From a bacterium (GTDB taxonomy: Bacteria > UBA10199 > 2-02-FULL-50-16 > JAJFLM01): a DNA stretch of 64,000 nt. Made by a program: the position numbers and the translations under genes. The notes beneath the pieces were generated by a model, which was not told where the DNA came from, searched no databases, and saw only the letters and a program-made list of their open reading frames with translations. Of the stretch, positions 49,824-60,169 are shown in pieces (position 1 is the stretch's first letter; every line of letters begins with the position of its first letter). The stretch lies in the NCBI GenBank assembly GCA_965216315.1, contig CBDCFN010000016.1:384001-448000 (forward strand). Direction: 5' to 3'.

Positions 49824-50888
49824 ATGTCTGCGATACGCTTCGCCTTGATTGGCTGCAGTAATATAACAAAGAAACATGCTGTCTCACTGGGACGGATTGA
49901 ACATGCAAAACTAGCAGCTGTCTGCGATATTAATGAGGAAAGGGCAATGGCTTTCGGTAACGAATATGATGTCCCATACTATCGAGATTATCATGAAATG
50001 TTTGATAAAGAAGAGATTGATGTCGTTACGGTTCTAACACCGTCTGGAGACCATGCCAAACGGGTGCTGGACCTGGTGCAATATAAGAAGCACATTGTTG
50101 TTGAAAAGCCTATGGCACTGCGTCTCGACGACGCCGATGCCATTATTCGTGCTTGTGATGAGGCTGGAATTAAGCTCTTTGTCGTAAAGCAAAATCGCTA
50201 CAATCGTCCTATCCAGGCATTGCGTAGAGCAATTGATGCCGGCAGATTCGGCAAACTAGTCCTCGGAACCGTCAGAGTGCGTTGGTGCCGACCTCAAGAG
50301 TACTATGATGCAGCGTCTTGGCGAGGGACCTGGGCATATGATGGAGGTGTTCTGACTAATCAGGCAAGCCATCATATTGATATGCTGGAGTGGATGATGG
50401 GAGGTGTTGAAAGTGTAACAGCTATGACAACGACAAGGCTAGCCAATATAGAGGTTGAAGATACTGGAGTCGCTGTTTTGCGGTTTCAAAGTGGAGCCTT
50501 GGGTATTATCGAAGCGACGACAGCCACGCGGCCGAAAGATCTCGAGGGGTCGATTTCCATTCTTGGCGAAAAAGGGAGTGCTGTTGTCTCTGGATTTTCC
50601 ATGAACAAACTAACGACTTGGGAATTTTCAGAGGCTGAAGAGCTAGATAAAAATATGCCTGGGCCAGATTGGGATAATCCTGATGAATTCGCCTGGAATC
50701 ACACCGCGTATCTGCGGGACGTAGTTGAATGCATTCGCAATAATAAAAAAGCTCTTGTAGATGGATTGGAAGGTCGAAAATCTCTTGAATTAATCAACGC
50801 TATCTATGAGTCTTCGGAAACAGGGAAGGAAGTATTCCTAAGGTTTCGCCCAAAACAGTGTAGGCTCGGGATGCAAAAAAATGACTGA
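49824..50888 (+). CDS. Gfo/Idh/MocA oxidoreductase, UDP-GlcNAcA 3-dehydrogenase (WlbA-like)
   Basis: [24 protein letters not shown] and WRGTW..DGG.L.NQASH. Confidence 0.9.
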   Translation: MSAIRFALIGCSNITKKHAVSLGRIEHAKLAAVCDINEERAMAFGNEYDVPYYRDYHEMFDKEEIDVVTVLTPSGDHAKRVLDLVQYKKHIVVEKPMALRLDDADAIIRACDEAGIKLFVVKQNRYNRPIQALRRAIDAGRFGKLVLGTVRVRWCRPQEYYDAASWRGTWAYDGGVLTNQASHHIDMLEWMMGGVESVTAMTTTRLANIEVEDTGVAVLRFQSGALGIIEATTATRPKDLEGSISILGEKGSAVVSGFSMNKLTTWEFSEAEELDKNMPGPDWDNPDEFAWNHTAYLRDVVECIRNNKKALVDGLEGRKSLELINAIYESSETGKEVFLRFRPKQCRLGMQKND

Positions 50889-51504
50889 GAGTAGAATATA
50901 CGCCAATGTTAAAATCGGCAATGCTTCCGAAATAGGGCCCTTCGCGCTCATTGGCGTGCCAGCACGCGGACAGCAAGAAGGAGAAATAGCTACTTCAATC
51001 GGTTCAGATGCGATTGTACGTAGTCATACTGTTATATATGCGGGAAACCAAATCGGTGATCGTTTTCATGTCGGGCACGGAGCGATGATCCGTGAACATA
51101 ATCATATTGGAGACGATGTGAGTATTGGCACGTCTTCAGTCATTGAACACCATATTGTCATCGAAAATGGCGTTCGTATTCACTCATGTGTCTTTATACC
51201 CGAATATTCTAAACTAGAAGAACATTGCTGGATTGGCCCTAATGTAGTGATGACAAACGCCAAATATCCTCGTTCTGTAACGGTCAAAGACAACCTTAAA
51301 GGAGTGACTGTCAGAAAGGGTGCCAAGATAGGGGCTAATAGTACTTTGTTGCCCGGAATTGAGATTGGAGAAAATGCTCTGGTTGGGGCAGGTAGTGTTG
51401 TAGTAAGAGATGTGCCGGCAGGTGCTGTTGTTGCAGGAAACCCTGCACGTATGATTAATGATATATCAGAGCTGCCATATAACGTTGAAAGGAAAGTATT
51501 GTGA
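50881..51504 (+). CDS. Hexapeptide-repeat acyltransferase (WlbB/WbpD-like)
   Basis: Left-handed beta-helix repeats, WIGPNV..TN.KYP, IGANST.LPG and GNPAR. Confidence 0.9.
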   Translation: MTESRIYANVKIGNASEIGPFALIGVPARGQQEGEIATSIGSDAIVRSHTVIYAGNQIGDRFHVGHGAMIREHNHIGDDVSIGTSSVIEHHIVIENGVRIHSCVFIPEYSKLEEHCWIGPNVVMTNAKYPRSVTVKDNLKGVTVRKGAKIGANSTLLPGIEIGENALVGAGSVVVRDVPAGAVVAGNPARMINDISELPYNVERKVL

Positions 51505-52601
51505 CAATACCATTGGTTGATCTAAAGGCCCAGTATGCAGCTATTAAAGAGGAGGTGGATGCTGCTCTTCATGAGGTGATTCAGGCGACGGCTTTCGTGG
51601 GCGGGCCGTTTCTTAAGAGGTTTGAGGAGGAATTCGCGGCTTATTGCGGGACACAGCATGCAGCTGGAACCAGTAATGGAACTGACGCCATTCGCCTTGC
51701 TTTATTGGCATGCGATGTAAAGCCTGGGGACGAAGTGATTACTGTTCCTAATACTTTCATCGCCACTACAGAGGCTATCAGCATGATTGGGGCGAAAGTA
51801 CGCTTCGTAGATGTAGAGTCTAGCAGCTCCAATATGGATCCCAATCTGCTGGAGGCAGCTATTACGCCACGAACGAGCGCGATTATTCCGGTGCATCTAT
51901 ATGGTCGGCCTGCGGATATGGATCCCATCCTCGAAATCGCTAAATTGCATAATATTAAAGTTATTGGAGACGCCGCCCAGGCGCACGGTGCTGCGTACAA
52001 AGGTCGCAAGATCGGCACGCTTGGCGATGCTGCTACTTTCAGTTTCTATCCGGGTAAAAATCTGGGTGCATATGGTGACGCAGGTGCGGTTGTCACGGAT
52101 AATCCTGATATTGCTGAAAAGGTTGCTGCGTTGCGGGATCACGGTCGAACTAAGAAGTACGAACATGACATTGAAGGATTTAATTGTAGGATGGATGGAA
52201 TTCAAGCTGCCGTTTTATCGGTCAAGTTGAAGTACCTCGAACAATGGACATTACAAAGAATAAGAAATGCCGAATTGTATAATGAGTTACTTGTTGGCAC
52301 GCCCGATGTGACTTTACCCGTGAATTCGAGTGAAGATTTCTACTCTGTATACCATTTATATGCTATTCGCACTCCACATCGAAATAGATTGCAAAAACAC
52401 TTAGATCAACAGGGCATCAAGACCGGTATTCATTATCCGATACCGCTGCATCTCCAGAAGGCTTATGCGTATTTGGACCTTACAGTAGGAAGTTATCCTG
52501 TTGCTGAAGAGTTGGCAGGTCAAATTTTGTCGTTACCGATGTTTCCGGAATTAAATGCTGAATCTATAAAATTTATCGCCGAGCAAATCAGGAAATTATA
52601 A
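51501..52601 (+). CDS. DegT-family aminotransferase (2)
   Basis: [18 protein letters not shown] and [13 protein letters not shown]. Confidence 0.93.
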   Translation: MTIPLVDLKAQYAAIKEEVDAALHEVIQATAFVGGPFLKRFEEEFAAYCGTQHAAGTSNGTDAIRLALLACDVKPGDEVITVPNTFIATTEAISMIGAKVRFVDVESSSSNMDPNLLEAAITPRTSAIIPVHLYGRPADMDPILEIAKLHNIKVIGDAAQAHGAAYKGRKIGTLGDAATFSFYPGKNLGAYGDAGAVVTDNPDIAEKVAALRDHGRTKKYEHDIEGFNCRMDGIQAAVLSVKLKYLEQWTLQRIRNAELYNELLVGTPDVTLPVNSSEDFYSVYHLYAIRTPHRNRLQKHLDQQGIKTGIHYPIPLHLQKAYAYLDLTVGSYPVAEELAGQILSLPMFPELNAESIKFIAEQIRKL

Positions 52602-53647
52602 TGTCCAGCCTTCCATTAGTTTCGATTGTTGTTCCCTGCCGTAATGAGAAGACATATATCAAGGAGTGTGTTGAATCCATTGCAAGTAGTGATTATCCAA
52701 AAGGCAGATTGGAAATTCTAGTTGTAGATGGAATGAGTGATGATGGTACGCGTGAAATTTTACAGTCTCTCAGTGAGAGTCACCCTTATGTGCAGATGCT
52801 CGACAATCCCCAGAAAGTCACTCCTGCTGCGTTTAATATAGGTGTTCAGCACGCGCGCGGCGAGTTTGTTATGATCATGAGCGCTCACGCTACGTATGCG
52901 GACGATGCGATATCAAAATGTATTAAATACTCTCAAGAATACGATGCCGATAATGTTGGCGGCATTTGGCGGATTCATCCCCGACGCCACTCATTTATTG
53001 ATAGTTGTACGATCCATGCTCTCTCTCACCCATTTGGGGTTGGGGATGCGCACTATCGGACGATGGCAAAGCAGGAACCCACATGGGTTGATACTGCAGC
53101 CTACGGTTGTTATAGGCGAAAGGTATTTGAAGATATTGGTCTTTTCAATGAGATGTTGGTGCGTGGGCAGGACATGGAGTTTAATCTCCGTCTCAAGAGG
53201 GCGGGCGGTAAAACTCTGCTCGCACCGGATGTTGTCATTAATTATTATGCACGCTCAGACTTAGTTACCTTTTGCAAACACAGTTTTAGGAATGGCTTAT
53301 GGGCGGTGTTGCCCTTCCTTTATAGTAACGTCGTGCCTGTTTCATTGCGCCATCTTGTTCCTGGTTTTTTTGTGATCTTTCTTATTGTGGGTTCACTAGG
53401 TGCGATAATATGGCCAGCATTCAAATGGGCTTTTTTGACAATTCTTTCGATCTATTTCATTTTGAATATTTGTTCTTCTGTTTATATTGCTCTGCGCAAG
53501 AGAGATTGGCGATTTCTTTTTACTATGCCAATCATTTTTTTATCCCTTCATTTGAGTTACGGTTTGGGAAGTCTGTGGGGTGTTGCCCGATCAATTAAAG
53601 AGCTTTTTAAACGGAAAGTAAGCCGGTTTGTAAGGTCTGCCACCTAA
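52601..53647 (+). CDS. GT2 glycosyltransferase (ExoA-like)
   Basis: VSIVVPCRNE, VDGMSDDGT, QDMEFN.R and C-terminal TM helices. Confidence 0.92.
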   Translation: MSSLPLVSIVVPCRNEKTYIKECVESIASSDYPKGRLEILVVDGMSDDGTREILQSLSESHPYVQMLDNPQKVTPAAFNIGVQHARGEFVMIMSAHATYADDAISKCIKYSQEYDADNVGGIWRIHPRRHSFIDSCTIHALSHPFGVGDAHYRTMAKQEPTWVDTAAYGCYRRKVFEDIGLFNEMLVRGQDMEFNLRLKRAGGKTLLAPDVVINYYARSDLVTFCKHSFRNGLWAVLPFLYSNVVPVSLRHLVPGFFVIFLIVGSLGAIIWPAFKWAFLTILSIYFILNICSSVYIALRKRDWRFLFTMPIIFLSLHLSYGLGSLWGVARSIKELFKRKVSRFVRSAT

Positions 53648-53689
53648 GATTAATGAATGAGGCCCTGATATTATATTTCCAAGTTTATT

Positions 53690-54493
53690 ATGACAGTAGA
53701 TTATTCAACAATTACTGAATTGCCAGGTAGTCAAGTATTGCCTGTTCAGGTTGACCGGGCGTATAGCCGATACGCATTTGCAGCTTCGTTTTGTGTAGGT
53801 AAAGATGTTCTCGAAGTCGCTTGCGGAGGAGGGCAAGGTCTCAGCCTTTTAGGTGAAAATGCGAATTCAGTAGTTGGTGGGGACTGTGATGCAAATAATT
53901 TGAGATATGCAGAAGATACGTACAAAAAGAATAAGAACGTTAAAGTTGTTTACCTTGATGCACAAAATATGCCATTTGAAGATAATTCTTTTGATGTCAT
54001 AGTTATTTATGAGGCCATCTATTATTTAAGCGACCTAGAGAAATTTTTGTCAGATTGTCGCAGGATCCTGAAGCCTGGAGGGACTCTGATAATATGTACA
54101 GCGAATAACTGTTGGCCAGATTTCAATCCTTCACCTTTTAGCCATAAATACCATTCAGTATTAGAGCTAAATCAACTTCTCAGTAAGCATGGTTTCTCTA
54201 GCGAATTTTTCGGTGCCTTTCCTGATCAACCGAACTCGTTTCTGTCAAAAATTAAGTCACAGGTGAAACGAGTTGCCGTTAAGTTGCATTTAATGCCAAG
54301 GACGATGAAAGGGAAAGTCATGTTAAAACGTCTCTTTTACGGAAGCTTAGTGCGCTTGCCAAAAGAGCTGCTAACGCTCCGCGGGCAATCTCCAGTCGTG
54401 CCTGTTCCAATTCCTCATGATAGAAATGACACGATTCATACGGCGATATTTGCAGTTGGTACAGTGAGTGCGGTTTCTCAGAAAAGCCATTGA
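53690..54493 (+). CDS. Class I SAM-dependent methyltransferase
   Basis: RY.FA...C.GKDVLEVACG.G.G, DA..MPF.DNSFD and R.LKPGG. Confidence 0.9.
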   Translation: MTVDYSTITELPGSQVLPVQVDRAYSRYAFAASFCVGKDVLEVACGGGQGLSLLGENANSVVGGDCDANNLRYAEDTYKKNKNVKVVYLDAQNMPFEDNSFDVIVIYEAIYYLSDLEKFLSDCRRILKPGGTLIICTANNCWPDFNPSPFSHKYHSVLELNQLLSKHGFSSEFFGAFPDQPNSFLSKIKSQVKRVAVKLHLMPRTMKGKVMLKRLFYGSLVRLPKELLTLRGQSPVVPVPIPHDRNDTIHTAIFAVGTVSAVSQKSH

Positions 54494-54584
54494 TTTCTAG
54501 CTCTATATGGTTAAAAAATAAACGTCGGTTAATGACAGTTAAGCCCTAACCTTTTGTAATTATTTAATAAATTAAAGGTAGCCA

Positions 54585-55697
54585 ATGGCGGATTACAGAA
54601 AAATTCCTTTTTTCAACTACAGCGGACTATTTGAGCGTCGCAAGTCGGAATATATGCGCGTCATCGAGGATGTTTTGAGCCGGGGTGCTTTTATTATGCA
54701 GCGGGATTGTGAAGAATTTGAGAAAAGCATTCAAGAGTACTTAGGAGTAAAGCATTGTATCGGATTGGCAAACTGTACGGATGCGTTGTTGATTGCGTTG
54801 CGTGTAGCAGGGGTTGGTGCTGGAGATGAAGTCATACTTCCTTCCCATACTTTCGTTGCGACGGCGGCGGCCATTCACTTTGTGGGGGCAATTCCAATAA
54901 CAGTCGATTGTGGTGAAGATAATTTGATTAGTTCTGATGCTGTCTCTGCGGCTATCACCAGCAAGACCAAGGCAATAATGCCTGTGCAGCTGAACGGGCG
55001 AACGTGCCAGATGGATAAAGTCGAGTATATAGCAACGAAACATCGATTGATGATCATAGAAGATTCAGCTCAGGCCTTGGGTTCGAAATATAAGGGTCGA
55101 TATGCGGGCACCTTTGGGCTGGCAGGGACGTTTAGTTTTTATCCGGCAAAGATTTTAGGTTGCTTTGGTGATGGTGGTGCTTTGGTGACAAATGATGACT
55201 CATTTGCTGAAGAAGTTTGTTTGATGAGAGACCACGGGCGCAACAAGAATGGAAAGGTAGTATCATGGGGTTTGAACTCAAGGCTCGATAATCTGCATGC
55301 AGCGATCTTGAATTGCGAATTTAAATATTATGAGCAGACGATCGAGCGTCGCAGGGAAATTGCTCATATGTATCAAGAAGCACTCAAAGATATTGAAGCA
55401 CTCAAGTTGCCCCCATCGCCTAGCGATAGTGATGACCATTACGATATTTATCAAAATTATGAAATTGAAGCTTCTGGCCGAGATACATTGAAATCATTTC
55501 TTGCAGAGCGTGGAATAGGGACAATGATTCAATGGGGTGGTACGCCCATTCACCAAATGCAAGAACTAGGGTTTAATCAGAAACTTTCTGCGACGGATGC
55601 ATTGTTTGAGAAATGTTTAATGTTGCCAATGAATACTTTGATATCCGATGAAGATGTAGAGCATATTTGTGAGCAAATAAAGAGATTTTATTCTTGA
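54585..55697 (+). CDS. DegT-family aminotransferase (3)
   Basis: NCTDAL, EDSAQALG and SFYPAK.LG..GDGG. Confidence 0.92.
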   Translation: MADYRKIPFFNYSGLFERRKSEYMRVIEDVLSRGAFIMQRDCEEFEKSIQEYLGVKHCIGLANCTDALLIALRVAGVGAGDEVILPSHTFVATAAAIHFVGAIPITVDCGEDNLISSDAVSAAITSKTKAIMPVQLNGRTCQMDKVEYIATKHRLMIIEDSAQALGSKYKGRYAGTFGLAGTFSFYPAKILGCFGDGGALVTNDDSFAEEVCLMRDHGRNKNGKVVSWGLNSRLDNLHAAILNCEFKYYEQTIERRREIAHMYQEALKDIEALKLPPSPSDSDDHYDIYQNYEIEASGRDTLKSFLAERGIGTMIQWGGTPIHQMQELGFNQKLSATDALFEKCLMLPMNTLISDEDVEHICEQIKRFYS

Positions 55698-55698
55698 T

Positions 55699-56508
55699 AT
55701 GGATACAACTAGTTTAGCGAAAAAAGTGCGATTGCATGCCGTGCGAATGACCCATTTAGGGAAAAGTTCTCATGTTGCTTCTGTGTTATCAATGGCTGAT
55801 CTGCTGGCAGTTCTTTATGGTAAAGTGTTGAATGTAGATCCTTCCCGCCCCGATTGGATAGATAGGGATAGGTTTATTCTTAGTAAAGGCCATGGAGGTG
55901 CCGGGATTTACGCCGTGCTGGCGGAAACGGGCTTTTTCTCCACAGAAGTGCTTCAAACGCATTATCAAGATGATTCAATTTTAAGTGGTCATGTTTCCCA
56001 TAAAGGAGTTCCGGGTGTGGAATTGTCAACCGGCTCGCTTGGCCATGGGCTTTCTGTTGGTGTAGGAATGGCTTATGCAGCAAAGTTGGACAAGAGACTG
56101 CACAAGACATTTGTTTTGTTGAGTGATGGTGAATGTGATGAAGGATCAAATTGGGAAGCTATTCTATTTGCAGCGCACCATAAGTTGGATAATCTAGTGG
56201 CTATTATTGATTACAATAAGATTCAAAGCCTTGCTTCTGTTGAAGAGACGCTGGGATTAGAACCCTTTAAGGAGAAATGGGAGAGTTTTGGCTGGTCAGT
56301 GCAGGAGATTGATGGGCACGATCACTCAAATATCGCGCGAGCGTGTGAACAGATACCATTACATAAGGGAAAACCGACCTGCCTTATTGCGCATACGACG
56401 AAGGGTAAGGGCGTATCGTTTATGGAAAATAATGTGCTGTGGCATTACAGATCACCTCAGGGGCATGAATATGAAGCAGCTATTGCTGAATTGGAAGGCG
56501 AGAGTTAA
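55699..56508 (+). CDS. Transketolase, N-terminal ThDP-binding subunit
   Basis: RDRFILSKGH, STGSLGHGL, SDGECDEG...DYN and KGKG. Confidence 0.93.
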   Translation: MDTTSLAKKVRLHAVRMTHLGKSSHVASVLSMADLLAVLYGKVLNVDPSRPDWIDRDRFILSKGHGGAGIYAVLAETGFFSTEVLQTHYQDDSILSGHVSHKGVPGVELSTGSLGHGLSVGVGMAYAAKLDKRLHKTFVLLSDGECDEGSNWEAILFAAHHKLDNLVAIIDYNKIQSLASVEETLGLEPFKEKWESFGWSVQEIDGHDHSNIARACEQIPLHKGKPTCLIAHTTKGKGVSFMENNVLWHYRSPQGHEYEAAIAELEGES

Positions 56509-56510
56509 TC

Positions 56511-57473
56511 GTGAGAGATTCTTTTATAAAAAGATTAGCTGAATTAGCCGCGAATGACGAGCGAATCATGCTTGTAACAGGTGATCTCGGGTTTGGCGTG
56601 CTCGATGATTTTGCGGAGAGGTTCCCCAGTCAGTATATCAATGCCGGTGTTGCTGAACAAAACATGACGGGTTTAGCGACTGGGCTTGCATTGGAGGGCC
56701 GTATCGTTTTCACCTATTCAATTGCGAATTTTCCCATTCTACGCTGTTTAGAACAAATTCGAAATGACGCATGTTACCACGATGCGAATGTCAAAATTGT
56801 ATCCATTGGCGGTGGTTTTAGCTATGGGTCACTCGGCTTTTCCCATCATGCAACAGAAGACATCAGTATTCTCAGGGCTATTCCCGGAACAACAGTTGTC
56901 GTACCAGGTGATGTGTGGGAGGCAGCGGAAGCGACCGAAGCGCTTGTGAAACAACCAGGTACTTGTTATTTGCGTTTGGATAAATCAGCTGCGAAGTGCT
57001 CAAATCAACCGGATGAACAATTTTTTTTGGGTAAGGCGCGCCTCATGCGTAGTGGTACGGATCTTACTCTTATTGCGGCTGGTGGTATACTTGAAGTCGT
57101 TTTGAATGTAGCTGACAAATTACGTTCTCAAGGGATTAGAGCTCGCGTTCTTAATATTCATACAATTAAGCCTATTGATCGTGATGCCATTATCCAAGCT
57201 GCAGGGGAGACCGGAGGTATAGTCACGGTTGAGGAGCATGTCGTGGATGGTGGGCTTGGAAGCGCTGTCGGTGAAGTTTGCCTAGAAGATGGCACGATTC
57301 CTGGATTCTTTTATAGAGTGGGGCTCAGAGATGGCTTTGCCACTGTCGTTGGCAGCCAGAGCCATTTACGAACCAAATATAGAATGGATAAGGAAAGTAT
57401 CTGTCAGACGGTTCTAGAATTAGTATCTCGAGGTAAAAAGGGACCATTAAGGTCAGCGAGTTCTGCTAAGTGA
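56511..57473 (+). CDS. Transketolase, C-terminal pyrimidine-binding subunit
   Basis: GDLG, NAGVAEQN, EQIRND, SHHA.ED, Y.RL and TVEEH...GGLGS. Confidence 0.93.
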   Translation: MRDSFIKRLAELAANDERIMLVTGDLGFGVLDDFAERFPSQYINAGVAEQNMTGLATGLALEGRIVFTYSIANFPILRCLEQIRNDACYHDANVKIVSIGGGFSYGSLGFSHHATEDISILRAIPGTTVVVPGDVWEAAEATEALVKQPGTCYLRLDKSAAKCSNQPDEQFFLGKARLMRSGTDLTLIAAGGILEVVLNVADKLRSQGIRARVLNIHTIKPIDRDAIIQAAGETGGIVTVEEHVVDGGLGSAVGEVCLEDGTIPGFFYRVGLRDGFATVVGSQSHLRTKYRMDKESICQTVLELVSRGKKGPLRSASSAK

Positions 57474-58195
57474 AACGCTTTTTTGACATGACTATTGCCT
57501 TTGTTGGCTTACTATTGATGAGCCCAATCCTCGTGCCCATTCTTCTTGTCGTATGGCTGAGCGATTTCCATTCCCCATTTTATATCTCGTCACGTGTCGG
57601 TCTTAATGGGCTGAATTTTAAAATGGTTAAAGTGAGGTCAATGATTATTAACGCTGATAAGAGTGGTGTAGATTCGACGTCAGCTAGTGATATAAGAATA
57701 ACGCCAGTTGGGCGATTTATTAGGAAGTTTAAGATAGATGAGATTTCACAACTTTGGAATGTATTGACAGGCGATATGTCGCTAGTAGGCCCACGACCTA
57801 ATGTAGAACGTGACGTTGAGCTTTATACGGATGAAGAGAAAAAACTCTTGTCGGTTAGACCGGGAATAACGGACCTTTCATCCATAGTTTTCGCTGATGA
57901 AGGAAAGATTCTTGAAGGCCATGCTGATCCTGATTTGAGTTATAACCAATTGATACGTCCATGGAAAAGTCGTTTGGGGCTCTTGTATATAGAGCGAAGC
58001 TCATTGCTTCTTGACCTGATTCTTATTTTAATCACAGTAGCAGCAATATTCTCTAGAAAATTGGCATTAGTATGGGTGCATAGATGCTTGGTTTCGTTGG
58101 ATGCTGATCAGGAGCTTGTGCAGGTGGCACTCCGCGAACGCGAGCTCTCTCCCTATCCTCCTCCAGGGTCTCTAGAGGTCGTCCAATCCAGATAA
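57470..58195 (+). CDS. Monotopic phosphoglycosyl transferase (bacterial sugar transferase, PglC-like)
   Basis: KRFFD, K.RSM, D.RIT.VG.F.RK.K.DE, GDMSLVGPRP and RPGIT. Confidence 0.92.
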   Translation: MKRFFDMTIAFVGLLLMSPILVPILLVVWLSDFHSPFYISSRVGLNGLNFKMVKVRSMIINADKSGVDSTSASDIRITPVGRFIRKFKIDEISQLWNVLTGDMSLVGPRPNVERDVELYTDEEKKLLSVRPGITDLSSIVFADEGKILEGHADPDLSYNQLIRPWKSRLGLLYIERSSLLLDLILILITVAAIFSRKLALVWVHRCLVSLDADQELVQVALRERELSPYPPPGSLEVVQSR

Positions 58196-58341
58196 GAGCC
58201 TTTTAAATAATCATTTGCAAATAGTGAAAAATTATCATATTTTCTCAGCTCCCCCTAAGTTAAGAAAAACAATCTCCAGCCTTGATATTGCGAATCATAA
58301 TTTTGTTGTCATTAGATGACTAATGCTGTGGGGTTCTAAGT

Positions 58342-60162
58342 ATGAAAACAAGAGCTATCCTCGTAACGACTGATATTCTGATCTTATCGTGCTCTTTTTT
58401 GCTCTCGCATTATTGGTTTGCTGCGCAAATAGATGATCCATTAATTTTATGTATATTGTTCTTAGCCGTTAAGCTGATTTTCTTCGTAAAATTTGGTCTT
58501 TATAACGCGATATTGAAATTCGCAGGAATGCCGTTGGCAGCAACTATGATTAAAGCCATAACGGCGGCACAAGTGTTGCTTATAGCGGCAAGTCACATCC
58601 TGTCTAGTCAGTCGATACCGATTGGATTCTTTATTGCAGATTTTTTAATAACGGCTTTCCTCGTCGGTCTCGTGCGGTTTGCTCCACGATATTTTTCGGA
58701 AGCGGGTAAGTCTGTCGGTTCAAAACGTGTATTAATTTATGGTGCGGGAGAACTAGGAGTCAGTGTAGCTGAAAAATTAATTAGAAGTTCAAATGAATAT
58801 AGGTTGTTGGGTTTTTTAGATGACCGTGATTCAAAAATTGGAAAGAGAATTCACAATCTTCCCGTCTATGGGTCACGACAGGACGTTTCTGCAATTGTCG
58901 CTAAGTTAAAGGTGTCCGAGGTGATCGTGGCTATAGCGAGTATCACAGGTCAGAATCTAAGGCAAATAGCCCGAGAATGTCATAGAAATGGTGTGATTTG
59001 CCGCATCGTTCCTTCGTTCCCTGATATGATGAAAAAAGATGTAAGCGTCAAGAATATCGATATTAAAGATCTCTTGAAGAGAAAACCCAATGATTTAGAT
59101 GAAGTGATGATCAAGAAGTTTATTAAAGATAGAGCCATGTTGATTACAGGTGCGGGGGGGTCAATAGGTGCGGAAATGGCAAGGCAATGTATTAAGTACG
59201 GTGCCAGAAAATTGGTATTAGTCGATCAATCAGAATATAATTTATATTCACTTCAAGAAGAGCTAGAATCATCAAACATCTCAATTAGATATTGCTTGAG
59301 TGATGTTCTTTGTAAGGAGAGTCTTGAAAAAATATTTTCAGAAGAGCGGCCTTCGATCGTATTTCATGCAGCGGCGTATAAGCATGTACCTATAGTCGAG
59401 GACAATGTTTTTACGGGAGTTAAAAATAATGTTCAAGGTACGATTAATGTGGCGGAATTAGCACAAAAATACGACGTTGAAAAGTTCGTTCTGATCTCTA
59501 CAGACAAGGCTGTAAGGCCGAGTAGCGTTATGGGGGCGAGTAAGAGAGTTGCAGAGCTCTATGTGCAGAATATGGATCCTCGAGGCTCAACGGAATTTAT
59601 CGCAGTGCGATTCGGAAATGTTCTGGCCAGCTCAGGTAGCGTTATTCCAAAATTTATTGAGCAAATCAATGAAGGGGGACCGGTTACGGTTACGCACCCC
59701 GACGTGACTCGCTATTTCATGCTGATCAATGAAGCTGTGCAGCTCGTCTTGCAAGCTGCCAGTATTGGGCATGGGGGAGAAATATTTATTCTGAATATGG
59801 GGAGTCCGATTCGAATTTCCGAAATGGCTGAGGACCTGATCTTTTTGGCGGGCAGGCAGCCGCATAAAGATATAAAGATACTATATACTGGCTTGCGACC
59901 AGGTGAGAAGTTATATGAGGAATTATTAATTGATGAGACGGAGAAGAAGACTCAATACGAAAATATCACAATAGGGCGCGCTATCTATTTGGACTGGGGT
60001 TCGTTGAAAAAAAATATTCAGCTTCTTAGTGAGGCCATCGAGACGCATAATAGAGGGAGATTATTGAACACATTGAGGGTGCTTGTTCCGGAATTTGCTC
60101 ATGAATCGTTCGAGGGGCCTCTTAAGGGTGCCAAGGTCGTTGCGTTGCCTCTGCCATCTTAA
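58342..60162 (+). CDS. UDP-GlcNAc 4,6-dehydratase (PglF/WbpM/CapD-like)
   Basis: Four N-terminal TM segments, YGAG, TGAGGSIG, HAAAYKHVP, STDKAV, MGASK, RFGNVL.S.GSV and GLRPGEKL.EEL. Confidence 0.94.
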   Translation: MKTRAILVTTDILILSCSFLLSHYWFAAQIDDPLILCILFLAVKLIFFVKFGLYNAILKFAGMPLAATMIKAITAAQVLLIAASHILSSQSIPIGFFIADFLITAFLVGLVRFAPRYFSEAGKSVGSKRVLIYGAGELGVSVAEKLIRSSNEYRLLGFLDDRDSKIGKRIHNLPVYGSRQDVSAIVAKLKVSEVIVAIASITGQNLRQIARECHRNGVICRIVPSFPDMMKKDVSVKNIDIKDLLKRKPNDLDEVMIKKFIKDRAMLITGAGGSIGAEMARQCIKYGARKLVLVDQSEYNLYSLQEELESSNISIRYCLSDVLCKESLEKIFSEERPSIVFHAAAYKHVPIVEDNVFTGVKNNVQGTINVAELAQKYDVEKFVLISTDKAVRPSSVMGASKRVAELYVQNMDPRGSTEFIAVRFGNVLASSGSVIPKFIEQINEGGPVTVTHPDVTRYFMLINEAVQLVLQAASIGHGGEIFILNMGSPIRISEMAEDLIFLAGRQPHKDIKILYTGLRPGEKLYEELLIDETEKKTQYENITIGRAIYLDWGSLKKNIQLLSEAIETHNRGRLLNTLRVLVPEFAHESFEGPLKGAKVVALPLPS

Positions 60163-60169
60163 GTAATTA

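Noticed and set aside
55699..57473. Housekeeping pentose-phosphate transketolase or DXS
   Set aside because: The split form is coupled to a DegT and a sugar transferase inside the glycan run. A housekeeping role is unlikely, though not excluded.
59154..59160. G7 tract in the PglF/WbpM-like gene as a phase-variation site
   Set aside because: It encodes the conserved GAGGSIG nucleotide-binding motif and is short.
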